From Parcubacteria group bacterium (GTDB lineage Bacteria; Patescibacteriota; Minisyncoccia; Phycocordibacterales; 21-14-all-47-15), in NCBI GenBank assembly GCA_016181845.1, contig JACOYO010000004.1, forward strand, positions 15,827 through 79,826: 64,000 nt of DNA. The letters run 5' to 3'. The notes below the pieces were generated by a model. The model had not been told where the DNA came from. It made no database searches and worked only from the letters and a program-made list of their open reading frames with translations. Positions 36,601 to 44,657 of this stretch are shown here, in pieces (the stretch's first letter is position 1; each line of letters starts with the position of its first letter). The translations under genes and the position numbers were made by a program.

Positions 36601-36784
36601 TTATGTTTTCTTCTTTGCATTTTTTATAAAACTCAATCGCTCCGTAGAGATTGCCAAGGTCGGTCAGCGCGATGGCATCCATGTTTTCTTTTTTTGCGCG
36701 CCGGACAATCTCTGGTATTTTTGGCAAGGCTTGGAGGAGGGAATAGTGGGAATGGGTATGGAGATGTACGAAGCGTGAAGCCAT
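33602..36784 (-). CDS. dnaE: DNA polymerase III alpha subunit
   Basis: 1060 aa with an N-terminal PHP domain (HLHTHSHYSLL), the polymerase core and a C-terminal OB fold. Confidence 0.9.
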   Translation of the reverse strand: MASRFVHLHTHSHYSLLQALPKIPEIVRRAKKENMDAIALTDLGNLYGAIEFYKKCKEENIKPIFGIDAYVAVRSRHDKQAGVDNRRFNLVLLAENNIGYKNLLKLVTQSHLEGYYYKPRIDKELLQKYHEGLICLSGTFGGEVSRALRNNDWEKAEQVAREHLQIFGSGNYFFEITHHPEIEGHEEVQKKLTELGKKIGIPIVAAQDFYYLNPEDKRARDTMLAIQSSRDLADMQIGDVDTSFISEAQAREYFGNIPDAIENTGRIADRANVTLELGKWVFPDLPIEDGVSYDQKLREFAYGGLTKRGVGETDEVKERIEYELKIIRDKGYAPYFLVVSDLLRYARENHILTNIRGSVSGSLVTYLTGITNVNPLEYKIPFERFLNPERPSAPDIDMDFADNRRDEMLTYVKKTYGEDRVAQIGTFGTMMARGSVRDIARSLGHEYVVGDKIAKLIPMGSQGFPMTIDHALEITPELATLYKEDTTTKEIIDLAKKIEGCARHISIHAAGVVISPVPLTEFAPLQFDPKGGKIITQYDMYSIEDAGLLKFDFLGIRNLSILSDAVRLTKKFCDADIDIEHIPLDDPKTFKMLARGETMGLFQLNGSGMTRYLKELKPTTIHDINAMVALYRPGPMQFIPDYIARKHNPELIRYLDPALEKILKLTYGILVYQDDLLVMARELAGYSWLEIDKFRKAVGKKIPEEMQAQKDKFINGCIKTSGWSKKKAEQIWSWIEPFAAYGFNKAHSVSYGLVAYQTAYMKANFPTEYMTAVLTAESGDVEKIAEIIHECQRMKIPVLPPDINESFGDFTAIKGETTASDAIRFGLYTIKNLGQDIADAIIAERKKSGAFISYSNFLDRVKHKNLNKKSLEALVKSGAMDTLGERGSLFGNIEEALVYNRASLQHSASQESLFGLMESDSSIPGLTLKNTPPISNEEKLGWEKELLGLYISGHPLEKYRERLEKSGTSIKQLREAGSTSAQVIIGGIIEEAREVVTKKGERMVFLKFADFSGTIEAVVFPRTFTEYKMMLAPDKCVVIKGRLSDRNDELSIIAEAVKEL

Positions 36785-36823
36785 GATGTATGATTATAGG
36801 TAAATGAATGTAAATCTCAAAAC

Positions 36824-36958
36824 TCTTTCTTCGTCATATATTTTTGATAGACGCGCATTCCGCCCTGGGCGGATGCCATGCTCCTCCGACAGTATCGTCG
36901 GGGTCCGCAATGTCTCTCAAAAATTATGATTCAGAGCGAGTTTTGTAATCTTAGATAA
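36824..36958. mobile_element. MITE-like element, copy 1 (terminal inverted repeats CAAAACTC / GAGTTTTG)
   Basis: Shares the framework ...aaaactct..tttttgatagacgcgcat.c-[hairpin]-...cgcaatgtctctcaaaaa.tatgatt...gagttttgtaat with 40684-40822. Its internal hairpin is ccgccctgggcgg. Confidence 0.5.
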
Positions 36959-37038
36959 TGGTAAAGTTTTATGTATACAGATTACATGAAGCTAGTATAT
37001 AATCTGCTCTCGCTCGAAAAAATAAAAAGCACACTTTT

Positions 37039-37065
37039 TATTTTCACTCGCTCGTTTAATTATAC
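37039..37065 (+). promoter_or_regulatory. Conserved upstream motif TTTTCACTCG-TCGTTTAATTAT (also found before nusB)
   Basis: A near-identical 25-nt motif recurs at 39011-39035. Confidence 0.35.
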
Positions 37066-37092
37066 TCTCATTTTTTATACGTTGAAACTTGT

Positions 37093-37719
37093 ATGATGCG
37101 AAAAAAGAAAGTGAAATATATTGTTGGGATTGATGAAGCCGGGCGCGGGCCGCTCGCTGGGCCTTTGGCGGTTGGGGCGGTGGCGTGGCCGGTTTCGTAC
37201 GCATTTCAAGAACGGTTTGCGAATGTCCGTGATTCAAAACAGCTTTCAGCGGACCAGCGTGAATACTTTTTTAGAGAGCTTCGCCTTGAACAGGCGCGTG
37301 GTATTATTATATGCCGTGTTGCATTTATTACGCCGCGCATGATTGATGCGCATGGCATGACCAAAGCGCTGCGGTTGGGTGTCTCTCGCGCTCTAGAGAA
37401 GCTTTGTATTGATACATCATTAATGGACGTGATACTCGACGGTTCTCTTTTTGCTCCGTCGGAATATAAACAACAGACAATTATTAGAGGAGATGAGACC
37501 GTACCGATTATTTCTGCCGCGTCTATTATCGCAAAAGTATCACGCGACAAACACATGATGAAAATTGCAAAAAAGTATCCGCAGTATGGTTTTGAAAAGC
37601 ATAAAGGGTATGGCACAAGAGCGCACTATGAAGCTCTGGAAAAATATGGAGTGTTGCCCATACACCGAAAGCTCTTTTTACGCAAGTGGAGTAGGCGCAT
37701 AATAAAACTTGACAGATAA
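37093..37719 (+). CDS. rnhB: Ribonuclease HII
   Basis: GIDEAGRGPLAGPL catalytic motif. Confidence 0.9.
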   Translation: MMRKKKVKYIVGIDEAGRGPLAGPLAVGAVAWPVSYAFQERFANVRDSKQLSADQREYFFRELRLEQARGIIICRVAFITPRMIDAHGMTKALRLGVSRALEKLCIDTSLMDVILDGSLFAPSEYKQQTIIRGDETVPIISAASIIAKVSRDKHMMKIAKKYPQYGFEKHKGYGTRAHYEALEKYGVLPIHRKLFLRKWSRRIIKLDR

Positions 37720-37793
37720 GTACTTTTAGAGTATTATTAAAAAATAAACGTAAATTGAAAATTTAATACAAATACTAAAGAAAGAAGGTTCTT

Positions 37794-38387
37794 ATGAAAG
37801 AACAAGGACGAAAGATAGATATTTACGACCCGGATTTTATACCTGGGGTTAATGAGCCACTTCTTGACGGCATGAGTTGTTTTTGTGCCGGTATTCCGTT
37901 TGAAATTGCAAGAGCTTCAAACGGTCACCCTAGAAAAGTTTACTTCCGGGTGATTCCCTACACCACGAATAGTGGTAGAACGCAAATCAAATTTTCTGGG
38001 GGGACAAACAAATCCCCACACGAAAGCCCTCTCAATGTCCTTAGGCGGGAAATCAAAGAGGAATTAGGGGTGGATGGTTTGAAAGCCGAATTAATATATT
38101 CGGCTAAAAAAGTGGATAAAGATGCCCATGTCAAATACTTTTTTTTGCTGAACCATTGGGAGGGATGTTTTTTCCCAAACCAACGGCAAATTAGGGATGA
38201 CCAAGTCGGGCCATCCTCATGGGAAGAACCTATCGTTCTTGAGAAGGTTCTTTTTAGAGGGCATCTTCCAGCACTCTATGCGGCGGTGGGCCATTTGGCA
38301 AAGGACCCGCTGTTGTTCAAATTCTTTGACGAACAAAATTTGTTGGTCAAAGACCCAGCTGTATATGCCCCCGTGTATAGGTATTGA
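37794..38387 (+). CDS. NUDIX hydrolase domain protein
   Basis: Nudix box approximated by GGTNKSPHESPLNVLRREIKEELGV. Confidence 0.55.
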   Translation: MKEQGRKIDIYDPDFIPGVNEPLLDGMSCFCAGIPFEIARASNGHPRKVYFRVIPYTTNSGRTQIKFSGGTNKSPHESPLNVLRREIKEELGVDGLKAELIYSAKKVDKDAHVKYFFLLNHWEGCFFPNQRQIRDDQVGPSSWEEPIVLEKVLFRGHLPALYAAVGHLAKDPLLFKFFDEQNLLVKDPAVYAPVYRY

Positions 38388-38471
38388 AGCATCCAAGCAA
38401 GACCTAATGCGCCACGGAATGATGTCCCGTGGCGTTTTTTTATCCCACTATTCCACAAGGCAAAACCTAAT

Positions 38472-38494
38472 TGTTGGACATCGGATGTCCAACA
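38472..38494. repeat. Family P2 palindrome TGTTGGACATCGGATGTCCAACA upstream of rpmF
   Basis: Perfect palindrome. Confidence 0.55.
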
Positions 38495-38547
38495 TATGTT
38501 GTAATCGGGTTGCGTATTTTTTCAAAACAGGTTATGATATAAAAACT

Positions 38548-38853
38548 ATGTCAGTACGAATGCGGCACACTAGGGCTCATACCAAAAACCGGCGAGCGCA
38601 CCATGCGCTTGAGATGCCTCGGCTTTCTGCGTGCCAGAAATGCGGCGCGGCACAGTTGCCGCATCATATGTGCGGAAATTGCGGGTATTACCGCGGGCGG
38701 CAGGTTATTGACATGGCGGCAAAAACAGCGACGCGGGCAAAGCGTCGGCAGGAAAAGCTAAAGTCGTTTGGAGAAATAAAGAAAAAAGAAGAAGATGGTG
38801 GAAAAGAAAATGCTCTTTCGGCTGAAACATTGTCGGCAAAGAAGAAAAAATAG
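38548..38853 (+). CDS. rpmF: 50S ribosomal protein L32 with a Lys-rich C-terminal extension
   Basis: MSVRMRHTRAHTKNRRAHHAL...CQKCG...HHMCGNCGYY matches L32, including its zinc-ribbon cysteines. The ORF-track N-terminal extension (from 38197) is rejected. Confidence 0.75.
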   Translation: MSVRMRHTRAHTKNRRAHHALEMPRLSACQKCGAAQLPHHMCGNCGYYRGRQVIDMAAKTATRAKRRQEKLKSFGEIKKKEEDGGKENALSAETLSAKKKK

Positions 38854-39031
38854 GGCAGTATAGTATATTGTTCTTTTGATATTTATTGTGGGATGGAAAT
38901 AGTAAACTAGCCGGGGTGGTTCATGGTTCATAATTTTTATTTCATAATATCACACGCGAATCATACAAAGCATGATTCGCGCTCACTCTGAAAAGAAAAT
39001 TGATATTTTCTTTTCACTCGTTCATTTAATT

Positions 39032-39952
39032 ATGGCAAACAGGCACCTTTCACGAAGTATCGTCATGCAATCGCTCTTTGAGTGGGATTTCCGCAATGCG
39101 TCAAAAAAAGAACTTGAGACGATTTTAGAGAAAAACATAAACGAATTCGGCCCCGGACTTGGGGATGATGTGTTTATGCAAACCCTGTTGCACGGGGTTA
39201 TTTCAAAACAGAAAGAAATAAACCGTATCATAGAGAAAGCGGCGCCGGAGTGGCCGATTGATAAAATTTCAATTGTTGACCGAAACATCTTGCGCATCGG
39301 ACTCTACGAACTGCTCTTTGGCGACAGAAAAGAAGTACCCCCAAAAGTCTCTATCAATGAAGCGATTGAGCTTGCAAAAACTTTCGGCGGAGAAACGAGC
39401 GGGAAATTTGTAAACGGCGTGCTTGGCGCTGTCTACAAAGAGATAGGCGAACCGGGGAAAGAAGAACAATCAAAACATAAAAACAATAATCATCACAAAG
39501 AGCCGGTTGATATTTCAAAACTTCCAATTGAGAAATTGGGAGGAGCGGTGGCATACGCGCGGGACGAAAATAATATTATTCATTTGGCGCTGGTGCACGA
39601 TGTGTTCGGCTACTGGACTCTATCAAAAGGGCATATAGAAGCGGGGGAAACGCTTGAAGAAGGCACCAAGCGTGAAATCAAAGAAGAAACCGGGCTCACG
39701 ATTTCCATTGAAAAAGATTTGGGAAGCAATGAATACATCGCTTCCGACCCAGAAAAAGGCAAAATCAGAAAACAAGTTTCCTATTTTCTCGCGTCGTCTC
39801 CGTTTGTTGAAGTGAAGTTAGAAAAAACGGGCGGCGGACTTGATGACGTGCGCTGGTTTTCGCTTGAAGAAATACCGGAGCTTCGCATTTACGACGATAT
39901 CATTCCTATTATTACCAAAGGAATTAATCTGCTCATGAAACATAGAGAATAA
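39032..39952 (+). CDS. nusB: Transcription antitermination factor NusB fused to a C-terminal NUDIX hydrolase domain
   Basis: NusB core (VDRNILRIGLYELLF, GKFVNGVLGAV), then a linker, then the Nudix box GHIEAGETLEEGTKREIKEETGL. The start may instead be 39065. Confidence 0.75.
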   Translation: MANRHLSRSIVMQSLFEWDFRNASKKELETILEKNINEFGPGLGDDVFMQTLLHGVISKQKEINRIIEKAAPEWPIDKISIVDRNILRIGLYELLFGDRKEVPPKVSINEAIELAKTFGGETSGKFVNGVLGAVYKEIGEPGKEEQSKHKNNNHHKEPVDISKLPIEKLGGAVAYARDENNIIHLALVHDVFGYWTLSKGHIEAGETLEEGTKREIKEETGLTISIEKDLGSNEYIASDPEKGKIRKQVSYFLASSPFVEVKLEKTGGGLDDVRWFSLEEIPELRIYDDIIPIITKGINLLMKHRE

Positions 39953-39964
39953 AACATCTGTAAT

Positions 39965-40663
39965 ATGAAAAACTTTTCAAAGATTGAACAAAAAATTAAT
40001 ATCACTTTTAAAAACAAAGATTTATTACAGCAGGCATTTACGCATCGTTCGTATATCAACGAATATCGCGGCAAAAAACTTGAGCACAATGAGCGACTTG
40101 AGTTTTTGGGCGATGCAGTGCTTGAATTGGCTGTAACGGAATATCTGTACGCAAAATATCCAAAGAGGCCTGAAGGGGACCTGACCTCTTTCCGCGCGGC
40201 GCTCGTGAACACAAACACGCTTTCGCAGGTTGCTTCGGAGTTGAACTTCAATGAATTTCTCCTGCTTTCAAAAGGCGAAGCAAAAGACGTCGGTAGGGCG
40301 CGACAGTATATTCTCGCAAACACTTTTGAAGCGTTTACGGGCGCTTTATATCTTGACCAAGGATATGACGCGGCTCAAAAATTTATCGGCGCGCATCTTT
40401 TTCCATTGATTGACGATATTGTGTCAAATCGGCTCTGGCAAGACAGCAAAAGTTATTTCCAAGAACAGGCGCAGGAATATGTGAACATCACGCCCGAATA
40501 TCATGTCTTGCGGGAGGAAGGTCCAGACCACGATAAGCATTTCACTATCGGCGTATATCTGGGCGAAGAACTCGTCGCGGAAGGAGAAGGCAAATCAAAA
40601 CAGGAAGCGGAACAGGGCGCCGCCGAAGAAGCGCTCCGCAAAAAGGAGTGGGGGAAGAAATAA
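39965..40663 (+). CDS. rnc: Ribonuclease III
   Basis: ERLEFLGDAVL signature plus a C-terminal dsRBD. Confidence 0.9.
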   Translation: MKNFSKIEQKINITFKNKDLLQQAFTHRSYINEYRGKKLEHNERLEFLGDAVLELAVTEYLYAKYPKRPEGDLTSFRAALVNTNTLSQVASELNFNEFLLLSKGEAKDVGRARQYILANTFEAFTGALYLDQGYDAAQKFIGAHLFPLIDDIVSNRLWQDSKSYFQEQAQEYVNITPEYHVLREEGPDHDKHFTIGVYLGEELVAEGEGKSKQEAEQGAAEEALRKKEWGKK

Positions 40664-40683
40664 TCATCTTATACTATCTTGAG

Positions 40684-40822
40684 TTACAAAACTCTACTTC
40701 ATCATGAATTTTTGATAGACGCGCATAATCCTGCTTGCGAGCAGGATTTGCTATGCTCGTTTTGCTTGAGAGCAAAACTCCGCAATGTCTCTCAAAAACT
40801 ATGATTTCATCGAGTTTTGTAA
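40684..40822. mobile_element. MITE-like element, copy 2
   Basis: TIRs ttacaaaactc / gagttttgtaa. Its internal hairpin is atcctgcttgcgagcaggat, differing from copy 1. Confidence 0.5.
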
Positions 40823-40839
40823 TTTAATATATCACATCA

Positions 40840-43080
40840 ATGCACCTCAAGCGTTTGGAATTAAACGGCTTTAAATCTTTCAACAAAAAAACGGAGCTTG
40901 TTTTTGACGCGCCTATTTCGGCGATTGTGGGACCGAACGGCTCCGGTAAATCAAATGTCGCAGAGGCGATGCGGTTTGTGCTGGGAGAGCAGTCTATCAA
41001 ATCAATGCGCGGCAAACGCGGAGAAGACCTCATCTTCAACGGTTCTGCCGGAGCGTCGCGTATGGGCAAGGCGTCGGTCGCAATCATTTTTGACAACAGT
41101 AAGCGTGAGTTCAACGTTGATTTTGATGAAGTGGATATCGCGCGCGTGGTGCATCGCGACGGAGTGAACCAATATTTTATAAACAAAAGCCAGGTGCGGC
41201 TGAAAGACGTGATAGAAATTCTTTCGGCGGTGCATATCGGCGCTTCAGGACATCATATCATTTCACAAGGCGAAGCAGACCGTATTTTGAGCGCGTCTGC
41301 CAAAGACCGGCGAGTAATGATTGAAGACGCGCTTGGATTAAAAATTTATCAATATAAAAAAGCCGAGAGCGAGCGCAAACTTGAAAAGACCGCGGAGAAT
41401 ATAAAAGAAGCCGAATCGCTCCGTCGCGAGATTGCGCCGCATATTAAATTTTTGCAAAAACAAGTAGAAAAAATAGAACAGGCGCGAACGCTCCGCGAAG
41501 AATTAAGCCGCGAATACCGCGCGTATTTCAAACGTGAAGCGTTTCATTTGTCGCATGTAAAACAAGCGCTCGCGAATGAAAAAACACCGCTCGCGGATGA
41601 AATCAAAACTCTTGAAAAATCGCTTGAACACGCGCGCGAAAAAGCTGCCGAGGGCAAAGATGCCGCCGCTATCAACCGCCTCGTATTTCTTGAAGGCGAA
41701 TTGGCGCGCGCGAATGAGGAAAAAGATATGCTTTCGCGCAAGCTTGGGCGGCTGGAGGGAATGATTGAATATGCGGAAAAAATGCGCGCGAAAGAAACAC
41801 GCGCGCGAGAAGGAGCAGTCATTTCTTTGAACTCTGTAAAATCTTTGTATGAGGAGATAGCCGCGCCGCTTGCTGAGGCCGGAGCTTCTTCCGATATTGA
41901 ACATATTCGCGGGTTTCTAAAAAAAATAAAAGACTCGTTTGCTTCTTTTTTTGCTCGGGAAGAAGGTCAGCACAATATAGCCGATGGTGAAGAGGAAGAT
42001 AGCGCAGTTCGGCTTAAAGAAAAAGACGCGCTGGTAAAAGATATAGCTAAAGAGGAGGGTGTTATCGCTGGGCTTGTGTCTGAACACGCGCGCCTGAAAA
42101 AAGAAATTGAATCAAAAGAAACGCTCTCGCGCGATGCCGAACGAAAAGTATTTGAATATTTGAGCGCGCTTGGCGAAAAACGAATGTCACTGCAGGCGCT
42201 TGCGGGCAAAGAAGAAACGTTGTCGCTTGAAGAAGAAGATTTCAAGCGCGAGCTTGGAGAGGCGGGCGCCCTTTTGGGGAGGGCGATTGTGGCGTATGAG
42301 CACGAGCAGATTGATACTTCTGAAATGACTGGCGAAGACCGCACGCTTCAGAAAGAACGCCGCAAACATATAGAAAAAATGAAAGTCCGCGTGGAAGATA
42401 TGGGCGGAAGCTCCGGTGAAGACATAATGAAAGAATACACGGAAACGAGCGAACGCGACCAATATCTTATGCGTGAGCTTTCCGACTTGCACACGAGCAG
42501 TGAATCGCTTCGGCACTTGATAGACGACCTGTCGCAACAAATAGACGAAAAATTTAAAACCGGTATTACAAAAATAAATGCCCAATTTCAGGAATTTTTT
42601 GCGCTCATGTTTGGTGGCGGCAGAGCGGCGCTCTCTCTAGTAATAGAAAAAAAGAAAAAAAATATTGATGAGAGCCTTGATATTGACGACGTGAGCGCGC
42701 TTGAGTTTGAAGAAGAAAAAGAAGAAGCGGGCATTGATATCGCAGTCAGCTTGCCGCACAAAAAAATCAAAGGCCTGCAAATGCTTTCGGGCGGGGAACG
42801 CGCGCTCACTTCCATCGCGCTTCTTTTTGCTGTGTCTCAAGTAAATCCGCCGCCGTTTCTGGTGCTTGATGAGACCGATGCCGCGCTCGATGAAGCAAAC
42901 TCGCGTAAATACGGCGACATGCTGGAAAATCTAGCGAAGTATTCCCAGCTTATCGTGATAACACACAATCGCGAGACGATGTCCCGCGCGGGGATTCTCT
43001 ACGGTGTTACGATGGGTTCGGACGCCACATCAAAACTGCTTTCAATCAAATTTGACGAGGCGGTGCAAATTGCCAAATAG
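40840..43080 (+). CDS. smc: SMC-family chromosome segregation ATPase (short form)
   Basis: N-terminal Walker A GPNGSGKSN, a long coiled coil and the C-terminal signature LSGGERALTSIALLFAV...LDETDAALD. At 746 aa it is shorter than canonical SMC. Confidence 0.8.
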   Translation: MHLKRLELNGFKSFNKKTELVFDAPISAIVGPNGSGKSNVAEAMRFVLGEQSIKSMRGKRGEDLIFNGSAGASRMGKASVAIIFDNSKREFNVDFDEVDIARVVHRDGVNQYFINKSQVRLKDVIEILSAVHIGASGHHIISQGEADRILSASAKDRRVMIEDALGLKIYQYKKAESERKLEKTAENIKEAESLRREIAPHIKFLQKQVEKIEQARTLREELSREYRAYFKREAFHLSHVKQALANEKTPLADEIKTLEKSLEHAREKAAEGKDAAAINRLVFLEGELARANEEKDMLSRKLGRLEGMIEYAEKMRAKETRAREGAVISLNSVKSLYEEIAAPLAEAGASSDIEHIRGFLKKIKDSFASFFAREEGQHNIADGEEEDSAVRLKEKDALVKDIAKEEGVIAGLVSEHARLKKEIESKETLSRDAERKVFEYLSALGEKRMSLQALAGKEETLSLEEEDFKRELGEAGALLGRAIVAYEHEQIDTSEMTGEDRTLQKERRKHIEKMKVRVEDMGGSSGEDIMKEYTETSERDQYLMRELSDLHTSSESLRHLIDDLSQQIDEKFKTGITKINAQFQEFFALMFGGGRAALSLVIEKKKKNIDESLDIDDVSALEFEEEKEEAGIDIAVSLPHKKIKGLQMLSGGERALTSIALLFAVSQVNPPPFLVLDETDAALDEANSRKYGDMLENLAKYSQLIVITHNRETMSRAGILYGVTMGSDATSKLLSIKFDEAVQIAK

Positions 43081-43123
43081 CAGAAATAACAAAAAAACCC
43101 GATGAAATTTTTTCCATCGGGTT

Positions 43124-43699
43124 TTACGATAGCGGATGCGTTTCCTCCCACGCCGTCTTGGCAATTATAGTTGCCCAGGCGGGGTCATGGAGAGCGAATG
43201 AATGTTCAGTGATGGCGTCTGTCTGATGACAGCCGACATCGTGCTGGAGGTAGCGCGAATCATTGCCCGTGTACCCTTTCTTTCCTTGGTCTCCCCAAAA
43301 ATGAAAGGGAATCCATTTCGCCCAGGAGACCACCTCATCGCACGCATTGTAAAAAATATGAATCCATTTCACTTGCGGCGCTATCACTTTGTCGGCATCA
43401 AGCGCCGGGTCAATCAAGATTGCTCCGGTAAATACCGCGCCATGTTCGGCGATGAGCCATGCCAATGCCGCGCCGTTGGAATGACCGATGATGATATCAT
43501 CCGGCTCAATTTGCTTGGCGATGCGCCGCGTGATGAATGGGTTGCGGAGCCATGCGGTCCCAAACACAATAGGGAAGCCGTACGGATGAGCGACGATTTC
43601 TTTTTCATCAAAGCCAGCTTTTTTTAGTTTTTCTGCGATGAGCCCCATGCTTTTTTGAGTGCCTAACGTGTTGATACCGGAAAGCAAGTGTACTTTCAC
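43124..43699 (-). CDS. Alpha/beta serine hydrolase (RBBP9/YdeN family)
   Basis: IIGHSNGAA nucleophile-elbow motif in a ~190-aa single-domain hydrolase. Confidence 0.6.
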   Translation of the reverse strand: MKVHLLSGINTLGTQKSMGLIAEKLKKAGFDEKEIVAHPYGFPIVFGTAWLRNPFITRRIAKQIEPDDIIIGHSNGAALAWLIAEHGAVFTGAILIDPALDADKVIAPQVKWIHIFYNACDEVVSWAKWIPFHFWGDQGKKGYTGNDSRYLQHDVGCHQTDAITEHSFALHDPAWATIIAKTAWEETHPLS

Positions 43700-43840
43700 G
43701 ATATACCACCTCCTTCGTTTTTAAATTTTCAACGATGTTGAAAAATCTTTTTTAACCATATCTTATTTTTAATAAAAGTCAATATTTTCATCAAAAAAGC
43801 TAGATTTTTAACTAAAATCTGTGGTATGATTTTTTTAACT

Positions 43841-43916
43841 GGCCCTATCGTCCCCGCCCAGGGCGGGCAGGTAACGGTTAGGACATCGGCTTTTCAAGCC
43901 GGTAATAGTAATATAT
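43841..43916 (+). pseudogene. tRNA-Glu(UUC)-like 5' portion with a 19-nt GC hairpin insertion in the D-region and no T-arm or 3' acceptor strand
   Basis: GGCCCUAUCGUC-[ccccgcccagggcgggcagg]-UAACGGUUAGGACAUCGGCUUUUCAAGCCGG, then AU-rich sequence. The first 12 nt and the D-loop are identical to the downstream tRNA-Glu. Confidence 0.4.
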
Positions 43917-43988
43917 GGCCCTATCGTCTAACGGTTAGGACACCGCCTTCTCAAGGCGGGAATCAGAGTTCGATTCTCTGTAGGGTCA
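43917..43988 (+). tRNA. tRNA-Glu (anticodon CUC), no encoded CCA
   Basis: Acceptor GGCCCUA/UAGGGUC, anticodon loop UUCUCAA, T-loop UUCGAUU. Confidence 0.8.
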
Positions 43989-43990
43989 AA

Positions 43991-44036
43991 AATTGCGTAA
44001 AGCAGGTAAACTGCTTTACCTGCGGGCAATTTTTGA
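43991..44036 (+). terminator. Nested hairpin plus T-run after tRNA-Glu
   Basis: aattgc-gtaaagcagg-taaa-ctgctttac-ctgcgg-gcaatttttg. Confidence 0.4.
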
Positions 44037-44276
44037 AGCCGTAGCCATGTCGCTCAATTTTGTCGCCACTCCTCCCATCGTCTCATTAACGCAAAAGGAT
44101 TAAGGCATTTAAAATTTAAAACAGATAAACAAGCACGACCGAGTCACGATCAATATACTAGATTAAAACTGCTCCATCTTGCACCGCAGATTCTAAAAGA
44201 ATCGCACACCCTTCAGGGGGTTTGGAAAACCAAACAGTTTGAAATACAAAAAACAAACAATCGCTGGGAACGAATT

Positions 44277-44453
44277 ATGAAAGAAGTCATTTTTTATGAA
44301 TTCATTGCTGTTGTAGATACTATTCGTGCAAAAGTTATTGTAAAACAAATCTGCGGCGGGGAAAAGCATTTTTGGAGTGTGATACCTTATTGGGGAATAA
44401 ACAAAAATAACAGTAAAAGAATTTTACATAGTGGCAATCCTACAGATGATTAA
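44277..44453 (+). CDS. Small ORF (58 aa) inside an otherwise non-coding 600-bp stretch
   Basis: ATG..TAA encoding MKEVIFYEFIAVVDTIRAKVIVKQICGGEKHFWSVIPYWGINKNNSKRILHSGNPTDD, followed by a hairpin/T-run at 44461-44487. It is below the ORF-track length cut-off. Confidence 0.3.
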   Translation: MKEVIFYEFIAVVDTIRAKVIVKQICGGEKHFWSVIPYWGINKNNSKRILHSGNPTDD

Positions 44454-44657
44454 ACTAAAAAACACCGCACAAAGGCGGTATTTTTTAGAGGTGCTTGGGT
44501 ACAGCTTGGATAGCCGTGACAGGGCCAAGGCCCTCCAAACACCAGTTTCAACATATCATACTTGGAGCTGAAAAGCCAATGGATTGTGTGGGTAAGTTTC
44601 AGAATTAATTGCAACACTTGATTTAGCAATTAAACTGGTCAATATGCGCGTTTCTAT

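Noticed and set aside
38197-38853. 218-aa ORF containing L32
   Set aside because: Only the last ~100 codons match L32. The upstream part overlaps the NUDIX gene end and the P2 palindrome, so the start was set at 38548.
41503-42585. Several 90-130-aa minus-strand ORFs inside smc, and similar ones inside dnaK at 48612-50159
   Set aside because: Antisense ORFs within long coiled-coil or chaperone genes; low-complexity translations.
44487-44650. Possible tmRNA, RNase P or 6S RNA in the coding-poor stretch after tRNA-Glu
   Set aside because: It contains a gggccaaggccc hairpin, but I could not recognise the conserved motifs of any of these RNAs. It is left unassigned and needs an Rfam scan.
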